Below are positions 1 through 13,281 of a DNA stretch of 64,000 bases, one piece after another. The stretch comes from Eledone cirrhosa (lineage: Eukaryota). Every line of letters starts with the position of its first letter. Position 1 is the first letter of the stretch. Location: assembly GCA_964016885.1 (NCBI GenBank), contig OZ024742.1:317006001-317070000 (forward strand), read 5' to 3'. The notes below the pieces were generated by a model. It had not been told where the DNA came from and made no database searches. It saw nothing but the letters and a program-made list of their open reading frames with translations. A program made the translations under genes and the position numbers.

Positions 1-770
1 GGTAAAATTCCCGAGATCCATGGACGAGTTCTCTCAAGCGGTCTCTGTACCTCATTATCGCTGCTATGTCCTACCTTAGGGCATCAACATACGTTATCCT
101 TGGTCTTCCTCTACCAGTGTGTCCATGTAGGGGCTCCCAGAGGAGCACTGAGTGCAATCTCAACTCTGGATGTCGGTGAGCATGTCCAGCCAACCTCAGT
201 CTCTTCTGTGTCACTTTTGAGCTGACTTTTGGGAGGCTCCCATACAGCTCTGAGTTTTTCATCCTAAGTGTATACTGATTAATGTTCAGAGCCATCCTCA
301 GCATTCTCGTGTAGCTACCACCACCATCTGAGTGAGTTTCTTGGTCAGTGTCCAAGTCTCACACCCGTACAGCAGCACAGACTCCACTACAGCAATGAAG
401 AGGCGGATTTTCAGGTCTTTACGAAGGTTCGACTTCCACACATATCTCAAGCTTTGGCACGCTGCCCGGGCTTTGATCTTCCTCTCAACTACATCATCTT
501 CTGTATTCCCAATCTTTGCTCCCAAATACAGGAAGTCCTCAACCAATTCTAGCAGCTTCCCGCCTACATTAGTGATCCCCTCTGGCTTCTCAACATTCTC
601 TACCAGATATTCTGTTTTAGTCTCATTCATTCTCAACCCCACACTCATCGACACAGTCTCAACCTCCCGCATCAAATCCTCTGACTCGTCGTCGGCAAAT
701 TCAGCATCTGATATCTGTTTCGCCTTAACTCTCTGGTTCTGAGCCGGTGCTACAGTAAAGCCAGAGTCCT
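1..770 (-). mobile_element. Decayed RTE-clade LINE, C-terminal RT fragment
   Basis: ORFs 298-675 (VEDFLYLG...KIRLFIAVVESVLLYGCETWTL) and 71-355 (RLRLAGH...VLLWEP...RGRPRITYVD) carry RTE-type motifs. Upstream minus-strand sequence reads ISDAEFADD, the RT catalytic motif, followed by a deletion. Confidence 0.9.
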
Positions 771-771
771 G

Positions 772-797
772 GTGTGTATATATATATACATGTGTGT

Positions 798-866
<69 letters not shown>
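772..866. repeat. (TG)n microsatellite
   Basis: Directly visible. Confidence 0.95.
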
Positions 867-868
<2 letters not shown>

Positions 869-1099
869 CAAATTTTAGTACAGCATCAACGAAGCTTTTG
901 GCAGCAACCAAGCTAACGAATGCAGATTCGGTATGTATCTATATATATGGTCCTCTCCCCACTTAAAAAAACTTCAAAGCACAGGCGTTGCTAGTTCAGG
1001 AAATGTTACAGGTTTGTGTGGCTGGCCGTTGCTTAAAAGTGCACCAAACTCTATAATCTGACAAGCAATTGCTGTACTCTTTAGAGTTTGTAGCCATCA

Positions 1100-1142
<43 letters not shown>

Positions 1143-2304
1143 TTTTATAAATAGAGCAGCAAAAACCGGAAGAAGCCTGCAATCAATAACTGTCCGTCTG
1201 AAACCAATATATAATATAACAGCTGAGATAATAGATAACGGCTATTGTTCGTGATTTTAACGACACTTCGAATATTGGAAAACCACTTCCTTCTCACACG
1301 TTTATTTTCCTTCTATTTTGTAAAACAAAATAGATATTTTTCCGTTTTATTTCATTTTTGTATAGATTTCTAATCATACATGTTCTTTATTCTTTGTATT
1401 TATTTCGTTTCGTCTATTCCTGTTTTTCATTCCTTCTTGTTTACTTTTCTATATTTAATTTCATGAACTTAAATTTAATTCTCCTTCTGCATATATTTAT
1501 TTTATTTTTGTCTGAATATTTCTAGATTGGTTCATATTTATTTTTTTAGATGTTTTAATCATTTAATATAATTTATTACTTTTTCTGTACTATTTATTTT
1601 ATTTTCTTACCTATTCATCTCCGGTTGGCGTTAATTGTGTTTTATTATATTGTTTTATGTTGTTTCTAGTAAATAAATGTCAAGTATTTTACTTTAATTT
1701 TTAATCATTTTCTTTTGATTTTCAATTTACATTTCTTAACACCAAATTCATAAGAAAACGGATATATGTTACGTTTGATATCTACTGAACTGCCCACCTT
1801 CTGATAGTTAATAACATTTTATTTCTAAACTTTGCACACTTTTATGTATTGCAAAAAATATGTTTTACTTCATTCTTACTTTCATAATCTGTTTTCTCTT
1901 TGTGATATATGTTCTTAAGAAAAATTTCCGATGGGATATTGATGGGCCTAATATATAAATTTCTTCTGATATGTGAATACGTGTTCGAATGATATTCGAT
2001 AAATACGGCAAAATCACAAAAATGAAAAGGAATATGCTTAGAGCTAAACATGTTTCAATTTCTGTTAATCGGAAATTGTTCGTACTGAAATTTTATGATT
2101 ATTAAAATGTTATATGAAATGATTAAGTATAACGGGAAAGTACTTGTCTAAGATAGATATACCTTATAACTTATGCAGAATTTCACTTTGATTATATCGC
2201 ATTATCTCCCTTTCATTTCCTATTTGACTTGCTTTCGCTCATTTGACACAGCTGTCGTTATCGAAATATCTAAAGCTTCAGTGTATACTGCCACGGATTG
2301 AATG

Positions 2305-2441
<137 letters not shown>

Positions 2442-2452
2442 CATACTTTAAC

Positions 2453-2607
2453 CAGACCTGCTAACCTCTAAAAATCCAAACTGGGAGAAATGAAGCAAAA
2501 TTTGACATAATGAAAGTTATACCCAATTTCATGAGGGTAGACATCTCTCACCCACCCCAAAGTGGATGGGAGATTTCCCCGTCGGACGGGGAGAGTCGAC
2601 AGGTTTG
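2453..2607. mobile_element. Short MITE-like element (copy 1) with CAGACCTGC.AAC-type termini
   Basis: Starts cagacctgctaacc and ends gtcgacaggtttg (imperfect TIR). Reverse-complement homolog at 3662-3854. Confidence 0.6.
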
Positions 2608-3661
2608 CTTTAACAATTTTTGGGGAATTTTAATGGAACACAAAGGATAAATTACAGAGAATGTTTTGCTCTTTAAGTTCAAATTATACGACCATTAATT
2701 TTTTGTAAATCGTTACTGTCAATAGATATAGATTATTGTTGCCATGTTTATTGATTTTAACGAGTGCTAATGGCTGAATACGTAAATACAGGTTTTAATG
2801 CATAAAGGCTAACTACCAGAATTGTAACTTAATAATGGAAAACATTTGGGTGGTAATGCAACAATAGATGACCTAGTTAAGTAATAAAAAGTAAATGAAA
2901 TACTAAAGAAACATTTTGATGAATAATCACATGATAAAATATATTTCAACATCTCCACAGCAGGAATAACTCTGCATCAATATAATACAAACGTACATTT
3001 CTGTGTCTCACTAGGTTTATATTAAAAGTCGCAGAACAGTAAGTATTGCACATAACGAGAACATTTATCAAATAAATGGATATAGTAAAAACAATATCTG
3101 TGACAGCAGGATAAGAATCACTGTGGCGACGACAGTCTAAAGCATAATGTTCAAAATTCACAATTTTCTTGTTTTTATACTTGACAAAATCGATGTAAGG
3201 TTGACAATCTTTAAAGGTATCAATTTGACTATTAAAAATATTCTTTCTAACAAACAGTCATTTCTATCAAACGAATTTATATCATAGTAACTCATTTTTC
3301 ACAGTAATTTATAGCCAGTGTTTGTGTGCAGCGCGCAATAAAATTCCATTTGTTATTATAAGACGCAGGCACAGTTGAGTGTTTCCTTGTAATCATGGGA
3401 TAATGGGTTCGATTCCACAGCGGAGAAACCTAAGTAAGTATTTTTATCGGAGATTCGTTTGTTACATTTAGCCACATAATTTACCTCAACCGAAATCCTC
3501 TCAGGTATTCAATGTATTTCACCAATGCTTTTTCTAACTGCTTTTATTATTGCATCTGGTTGGGAAACTGAGTAGAGGGAAACCGTGTGAAAGGTCGTCG
3601 GATGGATTGTATCCGTATTTCAAACGTACAGCCTTGACTCGTTGATTCAACAACATAATAG

Positions 3662-3854
3662 CAGATCTGTCAACTCTCCCCGTCGGACGGGAAGATCTCC
3701 CATCCACTTTGGTATGGTTCAGATATGACTTCTCTTGTGAAAATGGGTATAGCTTTCATTATGTAACATTTCCCCATTTTGCCTCATTCTCCCCGTTTTA
3801 GGGCACTTCTTTTCATGGTACTCCCTGTTTGGGTTTTAGAGGTTGGCAGGTATG
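3662..3854. mobile_element. Short MITE-like element (copy 2, inverted relative to copy 1)
   Basis: Starts cagatctgtcaac and ends gttggcaggtatg. Shares ctccccgtcggacggg..atctcccatccacttt with the reverse complement of 2453-2607. Confidence 0.6.
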
Positions 3855-4089
3855 TAATAAATTATCAACAAAGTGTGCATTTCTTCTCTCGTTTAAATTT
3901 CTATATTTTCATACTGCTCTTGATTTTATTGGCTGACATATATTTGTAAATATCAGATAGAAATTCATATATTTTGTCTTTCACTATTTCAAAATAACGT
4001 ATTTGGACAGTTATGTTAAATAGTAAATAGGAAGATCAATAAAAAAAATAGCAAGATAAATAGCAAGATAAATAGTTATAACCAGAATG

Positions 4090-6430
4090 CAGAAAGCTTT
4101 GAAGAAGTGAACAACTTTAAATAGCTACGATTCAAAGACTGCAGCACGGTAAAGGAGATAATGCGACGAATCAAAAGCTGTATAATCCGTTGGTTATTTC
4201 CACCTTTCTGTATTGGTGCGCAATAATTCGTTGGTTATTTCCACCTTTCTGTATTGGTATGAAATAAGCCGTTGGTTATTTCCACCTTTCTGTATTGGTG
4301 CGAAATAATCCGTTGGTTATTTCCACCTTTCTGTATTGGTGCGAAATAATCCGTTGGTTATTTCCACCTTTATGTATTGGTGCGAAATAATCCGTTGGTT
4401 ATTTCCACCTTTCTGTATTGGTGCGAAATAATCCGTTGGTTATTTCCACCTTTCTGTATTGGTGCGAAATAATCCGTTGGTTATTTCCACCTTTATGTAT
4501 TGGTGCGAAATAATCCGTTGGTTATTTCCACCTTTATGTATTGGTGCGAAATAATCCGTTGGTTATTTCCACCTTTCTGTATTGGTGCACAATAAGCCGT
4601 TGGTTATTTCCACCTTTCTGTATTGGTGCACAATAAGCCGTTGGTTATTTCCACCTTTCTGTATTGGTGCGCAATAAGCCGTTGGTTATTTCCACCTTTC
4701 TGTATTGGTGCACAATAAGCCGTTGGTTATTTCCACCTTTCTGTATTGGTGCGCAATAAGCCGTTGGTTATTTCCACCTTTCTGTATTGGTGCACAATAA
4801 GCCGTTGGTTATTTCCACCTTTCTGTATTGGTGCGCAATAAGCAGTTGGTTATTTCCACCTTTCTGTATTGGTGCACAATAAGCCGTTGGTTATTTCCAC
4901 CTTTCTGTATTGATGCGCAATAAGCCGTTGGTTATTTCCACCTTTCTGTATTGGTGCACAATAAGCCGTTGGTTATTTCCACCTTTCTGTATTGGTGCGC
5001 AATAACGCGTTGGTTATTTCCACCTTTATGTATTGGTGCGCAATAAGCCGTTGGTTATTTCCACCTTTATGTATTGGTGCACAATAAGCCGTTGGTTATT
5101 TCCACCTTTCTGTATTAGTGCGCAATAAGCCGTTGGTTATTTCCACCTTTATGTATTGGTGCACAATAAGCCGTTGGTTATTTCCACCTTTCTGTATTGG
5201 TGCACAATAAGCCGTTGGTTATTTCCACCTTTCTGTATTGGTGCACAATAAGCCGTTGGTTATTTCCACCTTTCTGTATTGGTGCGCAATAACGCGTTGG
5301 TTATTTCCACCTTTCTGTATTGGTGCACAATAAGCCGTTGGTTATTTCCACCTTTCTGTATTGGTGCGAAATAATCCGTTGGTTATTTCCACCTTTCTGT
5401 ATTGGTGCACAATAAGCCGTTGGTTATTTCCACCTTTCTGTATTGGTGCGCAATAACCCGTTGGTTATTTCCACCTTTCTGTATTGGTGCGCAATAAGCC
5501 GTTGGTTATTTCCACCTTTCTGTATTGGTGCGCAATAAGCCGTTGGTTATTTCCACCTTTCTGTATTGGTGCACAATAAGCCGTTGGTTATTTCCACCTT
5601 TCTGTATTGGTGCGCAATAAGCAGTTGGTTATTTCCACCTTTCTGTATTGGTGCACAATAAGCCGTTGGTTATTTCCACCTTTCTGTATTGGTGCGCAAT
5701 AAGCCGTTGGTTATTTCCACCTTTCTGTATTGGTGCACAATAAGCCGTTGGTTATTTCCACCTTTCTGTATTGGTGCGCAATAAGCCGTTGGTTATTTCC
5801 ACCTTTCTGTATTGGTGCACAATAAGCCGTTGGTTATTTCCACCTTTCTGTATTGGTGCGCAATAAGCAGTTGGTTATTTCCACCTTTCTGTATTGGTGC
5901 ACAATAAGCCGTTGGTTATTTCCACCTTTCTGTATTGATGCGCAATAAGCCGTTGGTTATTTCCACCTTTCTGTATTGGTGCACAATAAGCCGTTGGTTA
6001 TTTCCACCTTTCTGTATTGGTGCGCAATAAGCAGTTGGTTATTTCCACTTTCTGTATTGGTGCGCAATAACCCGTTGGTTATTTCCACCTTTCTGTATTG
6101 GTGCGCAATAACCCGTTGGTTATTTCTACCTTTCTGTATTGGTGCGCAATAAGCAGTTGGTTATTTCCACCTTTCTGTATTGGTGTGAAAGTTGGACACT
6201 TAGAGCCGAGATGGAATGAAAAGCAATACAGGCGAAACAAAGGTTGACAAAGAAAATCATGTTCGGACAACAAAGACTGGACAGGCCCCGATATTGTTCC
6301 CCATCTGTTAAAGGGCACAAAGAACTGTAGTTATTGTTGACTACCAGAACATATATATGAAACGGCAACGATTGACTGCATAAGCTACGGAAGACAACGA
6401 TGAGACATGCCTCGCATGGCCACAAAACAT
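4090..6430 (+). mobile_element. Highly decayed RTE-like LINE fragment hosting the 41-bp tandem array
   Basis: Left flank reads EEVNNFK*L..KEIMRRI..LYNPLVISTFLY. Right flank resumes ISTFLYWCESWTLRAEME, matching the RTE LLYGCETWTL motif. Confidence 0.7.
4182..6186. repeat. 41-bp tandem minisatellite, ~49 copies
   Basis: Unit caataagccgttggttatttccacctttctgtattggtgc(a/g) repeated head-to-tail with no spacers. Confidence 0.97.
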
Positions 6431-7987
6431 TATCTTATATCTTAAAACATTGTATGCTTGTCTCTTTCTTACTAAACATTCAGTTCATTGTAACTCACTC
6501 TCTGATTCTAGGTTAACAGCGTTTCTCATTTCCTGAAGATATCTCCGATAGATAAAGTTCATGAAGCTATACATATTTTATGCATTCGTTTATTTTTGAA
6601 ACCGACAAGACAAAAGCTTATGAGTAGATATTACCTTTATAAATACATAAACTATGCTAATGTATGTGCTCTCGTGCAATCACACACAAACACACGCAAA
6701 ATCCCGTGAGCGCCTGTGTATGGGTATTATTTTCAGTTATATGATACAGGAATTGATATTAGCTTATTAGGTGGAGAGTCATAATAATATGTATTATTAA
6801 TAGAGTGTTTACATAAACCTTTTACTATTTCTTTACAAAGAAGTTCGTTTCGAGGAGCATTTATCGGCGAAACGCAATGTAAAACATTTAGCGAAACAAA
6901 AAAAAAAAAAAATTGCACAACAAAATACACAGTAATTGTATGTACATATATATTAGTGTTAATCTTTACATTTCCTCGGTTGCATTTAGACCTGCCCAGT
7001 CTAATTTTCGTAATAATTAATGAAGATATATGCACATAATATTGTTTAAAGGAAATATTACAATTTAATTCGAAAGAATTAGGAAAGATATTCGTGCGTT
7101 ATATGAAAAACGATAATTTAAGAAATTTAAACTGCAGTTCATATATTCACCACGCCAGATAATGTGTATATTCAGAGTAGAAATTTATGCCAGCGATTTA
7201 AAGTTTACATATTCGCTATAGTACAAAAAAGAAAAAAAAAAAAAACGTTGCAGGAGCGTACATACCGCAGCAGACGATCTCGAAATATCATTTAATATAA
7301 TCTCCAGATATCAAGAAATATAACCTCGAAATATCATGAGATTTAAAGTAAAACTTTAAATTATTGCTTGTTTTATTGCCCTTGCCTTAATCTACTCAAG
7401 TTTTCACACACTTGCTTCCAGTTTGAACTGGGTGGGTTTTTCCCAAAAAATCCATAGCCAAGTGACTCACTATGCGATAAATATATACATGAATGCTCAT
7501 CTTTTTATGGTTAGGGTATTTGGCTCGGGATCCAAAAATCATGAGTTCGATTCTTCCGTGTCCCAAACATTATATTTTATGTTGCTCATGTCCAATCATC
7601 TAGAACCAGCCTTTCCACACACTGCATCTTATTGAATCTTCCTTAAAACTACTCTAAATGTACACTTGCTTGTGGAATGTTCATTGACATGTACATAAAT
7701 TTGACGAGTTAGTTCTTTTGATGTTCAGAGAATTAGAACACGTGTTAGAAGTGCCAACTGAGAACCAGCATACAAACAGACACATACACACACACACATA
7801 AACACACTCACACATACACACTCTCTCTCTCTCACACATTATATATATATAAATATGTATATGTAAGATATATATATATATAGATATATATATGTATATA
7901 CATGATATATATATATGATATATATATATATGTATATACATATATGATGGCTGCCCCTCGTTATCGAGTATGGCCATTACACGATAT

Positions 7988-9530
7988 TCAGACTCAGACT
8001 CAGAAGCTCCCACGTCTTGCGACGCATGAGGCAATCATAGTGTTCCACCGCGTTCGGTCAGCAGCCAGTTGCACAGCGTCCCGCCATTGTCTGTTTGTCG
8101 CTCGCAGGTCCCTGTCAACTGTCTGGCGCCAGTTCATTTTGGGTCGCCCTCTCCGTCTGCTTCCCTGTGGGTTCCATTTAAGTACTTGGTTCGCCAGTCT
8201 CTCCGGGGGAAGTCTCAGAGTGTGCCTAAACCAGCCCAGGCGTCGCTTGTAGATGGCAGAAGAGACTAGCTGCAGGTTGGTGCGGTTCCTGACTTCCTGG
8301 TTTGTTACATCGTCACTCCATTTAATCCACAGGATCTTTCGCAGACACCTGGAATCGAATGCGTCCAACTTCTTCTCTTGGCTGGTCTTAAGGTGCCATG
8401 TTTCACTTCCGTACAAGAGTATGGACAGCACGTTGCTGTTGTAGAATCCCATCTTTGTTTTGGGTGAACTTCCTGCTCTTCCAGATCTTGACAAGCTGGT
8501 TAAATGCTGCTGAAGCCTTTCCCATTCTACATTGCAATTCACTGTCCATTGCGCCCCCATTGTCAATGGAGCTTCCTAGGTAGGTGAAGTTGTCCACTAT
8601 CTCCACCTCCCCCTGTTCAATGAAAACACTAGTTGGTGATGGGTGTGTCCCAGATAACATGCTTTTGGTCTTGTTAGCACTGATATTGAGACCTTACCTT
8701 CCTGCTTCGACATTGATATTGTTCATAATGATTTGCAGGTCAGCTGTGTTCTCTGCAAGTGCAACAATATCGTCCGCAAAGTCCAGGTCAGACAACTTTG
8801 CTCTCCCACCCAAGATATAGCCTGGTCTTTAGACGCTCTTCTTAGTAACCAGTCAATGGCTATGGCAACGAGAATTGGAGAGAGCGAGCAACCTTGACGC
8901 ACACCAGTAACCACCTCAAACCAGTCATGTAACCATCCTCTGTCCGTATGCAGCACTTGGAGTTTGCATAAATCTGTTTGATTGCCGAAATGACTTTCTG
9001 GGGCAGACCATACGCATGCATGATGCTCCAGAGTAACGGCCGATGAATGCTATCGAATGCTTTGGAGAAATCGATGAAGCTGAGGCGTGGGGCCTCTGGA
9101 ATTCGGTGTACCTCTCAATAATGCGGCGTAACGTAAAGATCTGCTCTGCACAGAAACGTTTTGGTCGGAACCCGGCCTGTTATTCACGCAGTTCCCGGTC
9201 TACCATACCACGTATGCGGTTCAGGATCATCAGACAATAGACCTTCCCTGGTATGGAGAGAAGTGTCACTCCCCTCCAGTTGTCACAATCGGCAACGTTG
9301 CCCTTCTTGGGGATACAGACAACCTCTCCGTTTCTCCAATCTTCTGGGACTTCACCCGTGTTCCACACAAGATTACATAAGTGGCCCATCCACTTGACCA
9401 TGCTTTCGCCTCCTGACTTCAGCATTTCAGCAGAAATGCCATCCATACCTGGTGACTTGTTACTCTTAAGGGTTTTGATGGCCATGCGGACTTCCTTCTC
9501 GGTGAAGTCATCAGTATTGATAGGCAACAA
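7988..9530 (-). mobile_element. RTE-clade LINE, 5'-truncated and frameshifted
   Basis: ORF pieces 9180-9530 (KSPGMDGISAEMLK...KKGN..DCDNWRGVTLLS), 8723-8956 (GVRQGCSLSP), 8403-8660 (VDNFTYLGS) and 8000-8566 (LLYGSETW...RRRGRPK). Short-repeat 3' tail (TCTGAG)n near 7988-8003. Confidence 0.93.
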
Positions 9531-9689
9531 ACTATATGTTTCCTATACCATTATTAATAATTATTAATTAATTCTATCGTGCAATGCCTATGCGTGACGA
9601 TATTTTTTAAAGTGAGGAAAGACTGTGCACTGCGCCAATCCCACTTTCTGAGCGACAGTAGCTATAACCCGAAAAGAAGAAAAGATCAA

Positions 9690-10085
9690 CATCATCGGTA
9701 ACTTCTGAGCCGCAGGTTTTATCTCGGATCTATCCCAGTTTCCTGAGTTGCCTTCTCCTAGAAGAATGCCCTGACAAAGGCTAGGAGTCCTTCACTCACA
9801 GTGGTTTAACCAGGCGATCGGGTGTCCTCGCGCATATACATACACATGCACCCATGCATATACACATATACATACATATGTACATGTGTATATATATATA
9901 TTTACACACTTGTGGATGTCCGTTGACTCTTATGAGTTCTTCCGCTTTGTCAGGTTTTGTTTTTTGTGCTGTAGGGTGTCCAAAATCACCTTCCTCACCA
10001 AGTAAACTTGGTGGGGATGCCGGTTTAGTCGCCATGCGACAGGTTGTACTGGGTTACATGTTACCAGTAGCACTCAAGAGTGACA
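9690..10085 (-). mobile_element. Probable RTE-type 5' leader / RTE-related SINE fragments split by a microsatellite
   Basis: Minus strand has ctaggagaaggcaactc and ggcgactaaaccggc...accaag...cttggtgaggaagg, resembling RTE 5' UTRs (from memory). Lies just upstream of the RTE body on the same strand. Confidence 0.4.
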
Positions 10086-10108
10086 CGTATATATACATAC
10101 ATATATAT

Positions 10109-12879
10109 TAGGGTGTTCCGGAATACCACATTTTACACAAAAGTGTTTTTTTCTTAGCTTCCTATGCATTTTCTCATGCCATTTTGTATATTATCAATTT
10201 ATAATGTAATTTTGATTATTTCAGACTAATTTAAGCCTTGCCAAATAGTTGCAAATTGGCAGAATAAGGGCGGAAACCAGTGGGCCTAGTTGTAGCTACT
10301 CGCTCCGTTGTGATGATCGAGAAATATGGCTCCTGGGGAAATATGTTACATCCTTTTCACCAAACAAAATACCAACAAAGGGGGATGTTCTAAGATATTT
10401 CTTCTACCTGAAAGATGGTCATATGAAACACGAAAAGCATATGAGCGTCAATGGTGATTTGCGGATAGGTTTTTGATGGAAGTAGTTAGTCATTGGGAAA
10501 AAGGATGGTGTGGCGACTCAACGAAAAGACAAAGGGAAACTGAAAATTATGAACATGTACAGTGAATACAGAAATTTACAAAAAAACAAAGGTTCTAAGT
10601 CAAACAAAGAAAAGGAAGCACTATTTATTTCTGAATTGGATTCGTATTTCTACATTGCACATACTGATGCTGAAAAGAAAATTTTGAAAGACCGTCTTCG
10701 TAATAATGAACAGAAAATGGGAGATGCTACATTTCTCGAAGCCCTGCGTTGCCAGAAAAGAGTATCTCTGGGTGCTGAAGTCAAGGGTTACCAGAAAAAG
10801 ATATATTCAAAGTTTAAGCCTGATCAGGTTTCTGTGGATCTTCGAGAGTCAGAGAACCATAGAAAGCGTTTGTCAGGATCTGTAGCAGCACAACTTCCAC
10901 GTAATGAACTGAGTGATTCAAGTTCAACCAATGATGAAACTGAAGATGAACAGGATCCTGAATTTCAGGCCTCAAACCCACCCAGAGACAGCTCAAAGTC
11001 AGACAAGAAACAAAAAGTCCAGCCGGAACACCCAAAGAATCCATTTCAAAGTCCAAAATTTATCTAATGGCTGATCGTTTAAACCTGAGAACAGCATTTA
11101 TGGCATCGATTATTTCTGAGGGTGGAACTGACATAGACGCCACAACTCTCTCCAAGAATAGTAGCAGATGCTAAGAAGATCAGAACTGTGGAGGCTGAAC
11201 ACATAAAGGAACAATTTGCTGTACCAGACTTTGTTATCTTGCATTGGGATGGCAAAATAATTCCTGGTGGCCACAAGAGGTTAGGTGTGCTAGTTGCTGG
11301 AACTCCGGACTTCAGAGAAGGTAACCTCCTCGACGTTCCCATAATTCCTGATGGCACTGGAACCACCCAAGCCAAAGCATCATTTGATCTTTTTAAAGAT
11401 TGGAATGTTGATGGGACTGTGGTGGGCTTGGTCTTCGGCATAAATGCTTCGAATTCTGGATGGAAAAATGGTGCCTGCGTGAAACTAGAAGAGATGCTCA
11501 ACAAAAAGGTGTTTTATTTTGCTTAGCCCGCACCATGGAGCGTATCTTGTGTGCAGTGTGGCAACAACTATTCGGAACAATGTCCAGTCCAGACACCCCA
11601 GAGTTCAAAGAGTTAAAAAAAGATTGAGTGTCACTCACGGACAAGACCAACTTTAAAACATTGAACATTGTCGACCGGAGACCCAAGCGTCTGTGTTCTG
11701 AGAACATCAAGTTCCTCCAAGATTTGCTGACATCCGAAGATGGGAAAATGAGTTCTCTTCCACGGGACGACTACAGAGAATGTGCCGAGTTGATGTTGAT
11801 CTTGCTTGTTGTCACCCCTCCTCGTGGAATTCATTGGATTCTGCCTGTTGTACATCATAACGCCCGGTGTATGTCCACAATCATATATAGTGCAAAGATG
11901 TATGCATTTGGTGAGCGACTCAATTACGATCAAGCTAAAATGGAAAAGTTGCGCCGGATCTGTATATTCAATGCTCTGTTCTACGTGCGATACTGGCTGA
12001 CAGCAGTCAAGTGTGCTGATGCACCATCCAATGACCTTCAATTCTACGTGGAGTTGACACGGTACAGTAAGGGTGAGGTGACAGATCTCTCGCAGGCAGC
12101 CACTACTGCTCTGAGCAGGCATCTTTGGTCCCCGACGGAGGAATCCATTCCGCTAGCGCTGTTTTCAAGTCGGGTCCAAGAGTCCGAGAAGAAACAAATA
12201 GCCCAACGTCTTGTCAAAACGAAAACGTCTGGGCCTCTCGCCCGTGGTGCTCCAGTATTTCCCGAGTTGAAGTAGTCCACGAAGCTGCCTCATCTAGTTG
12301 GGAAGAAATCGAGGCTTCTGTTCGATCTCCTTGGTCTCGACGATACTTGGCTTGAGCTGTCAACTGCAACTTGGTCATCACAAGCGTCATATCAAAATGC
12401 TTGTGTTGTTGTTCACCATATCAAGGTAGTCAACGATCTGGCGGAGAGAGCAGTGAAGTTGATAACTGATTTTGTTGCCATCACCAAGAATGAGGAGGAG
12501 AGGCAGTGTGTTCTTCAAGTAGTCGAAGTTCATCGTCGCAAGGTCCCGGATTTCAAAAAAGAAACTCTGAAAAAAATATGACTGGAGTTAAGTTAACTGA
12601 ACTTGTTTCTTCCTTTTACGCCTTTATATTCAAAGCTGGTTTACTAAATATAATGGATTAATAAAATAAACAAGTATTGTATGGTCATATTTGGTTTCAC
12701 ATTTTCATGATTTCATGCAACATAATCACACTTTACACTATAATCACCATGATATAAGCAAAACTCAAAATAATTTATTTTATACAAAATGTGTTTTATC
12801 CTACCAATAGGGGCTTTTATAATGGGAAAATACACAGGGAGCGTTACTATTGTGACCTTGCTTTTTATGGCACACTTTA
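10109..12879 (+). mobile_element. hAT-superfamily (hATm-like) DNA transposon, near full length, decayed
   Basis: Imperfect TIRs TAGGGTGTTCC / (rc)TAAAGTGTGCC; ATATATAT on both flanks (8-bp TSD); broken transposase inside. Confidence 0.75.
10249..12581 (+). pseudogene. Transposase pseudogene (hATm-like)
   Basis: Fragments with PTKGDVLRYF, VILHWDGKI, GTGTTQA...FG.NASNSG.KNGAC, PRDDYRE, HHNAR.M, RHLW..TEE and C-terminal VVNDLAERAVKLI...LQVVE.HR. Multiple stops and frameshifts. Confidence 0.85.
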
Positions 12880-12941
12880 ATATATATATAATATATATAT
12901 ATATTTATTAAAATATCTTTAGTCTTCAAATTTGTTATTAT

Positions 12942-13123
<182 letters not shown>

Positions 13124-13281
13124 TTAATTATACTATTTATGGTTATGAAAATACAAAAACCTTTTGTAGTTATATATATTTTTATAAACCCTAAATAGTG
13201 GTAGGCAGTAATATATTACTACCTTATTACCAGTAAGTTAAATAGCTCAATGTAATAACATCAGATGATTTACAGAGCAGT

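Noticed and set aside
878-936. Possible host exon (ttttag...CG|gtatgt; YSINEAFGSNQ)
   Set aside because: Isolated with no partner exons; INEAFG also resembles a mariner transposase relic. Unsupported either way.
1165-1206. Hammerhead-like ccggaagaag...ctgaaac
   Set aside because: Core mutated, stems do not pair, and no inverted partner.
3362-3425. tRNA gene candidates (ggttcgattcc here; gagttcgattc at ~7545)
   Set aside because: No cloverleaf; probably decayed SINE heads.
4182-6186. CRISPR array
   Set aside because: Units are contiguous with no unique spacers, there are no cas genes, the context is eukaryotic, and the unit derives from LINE sequence.
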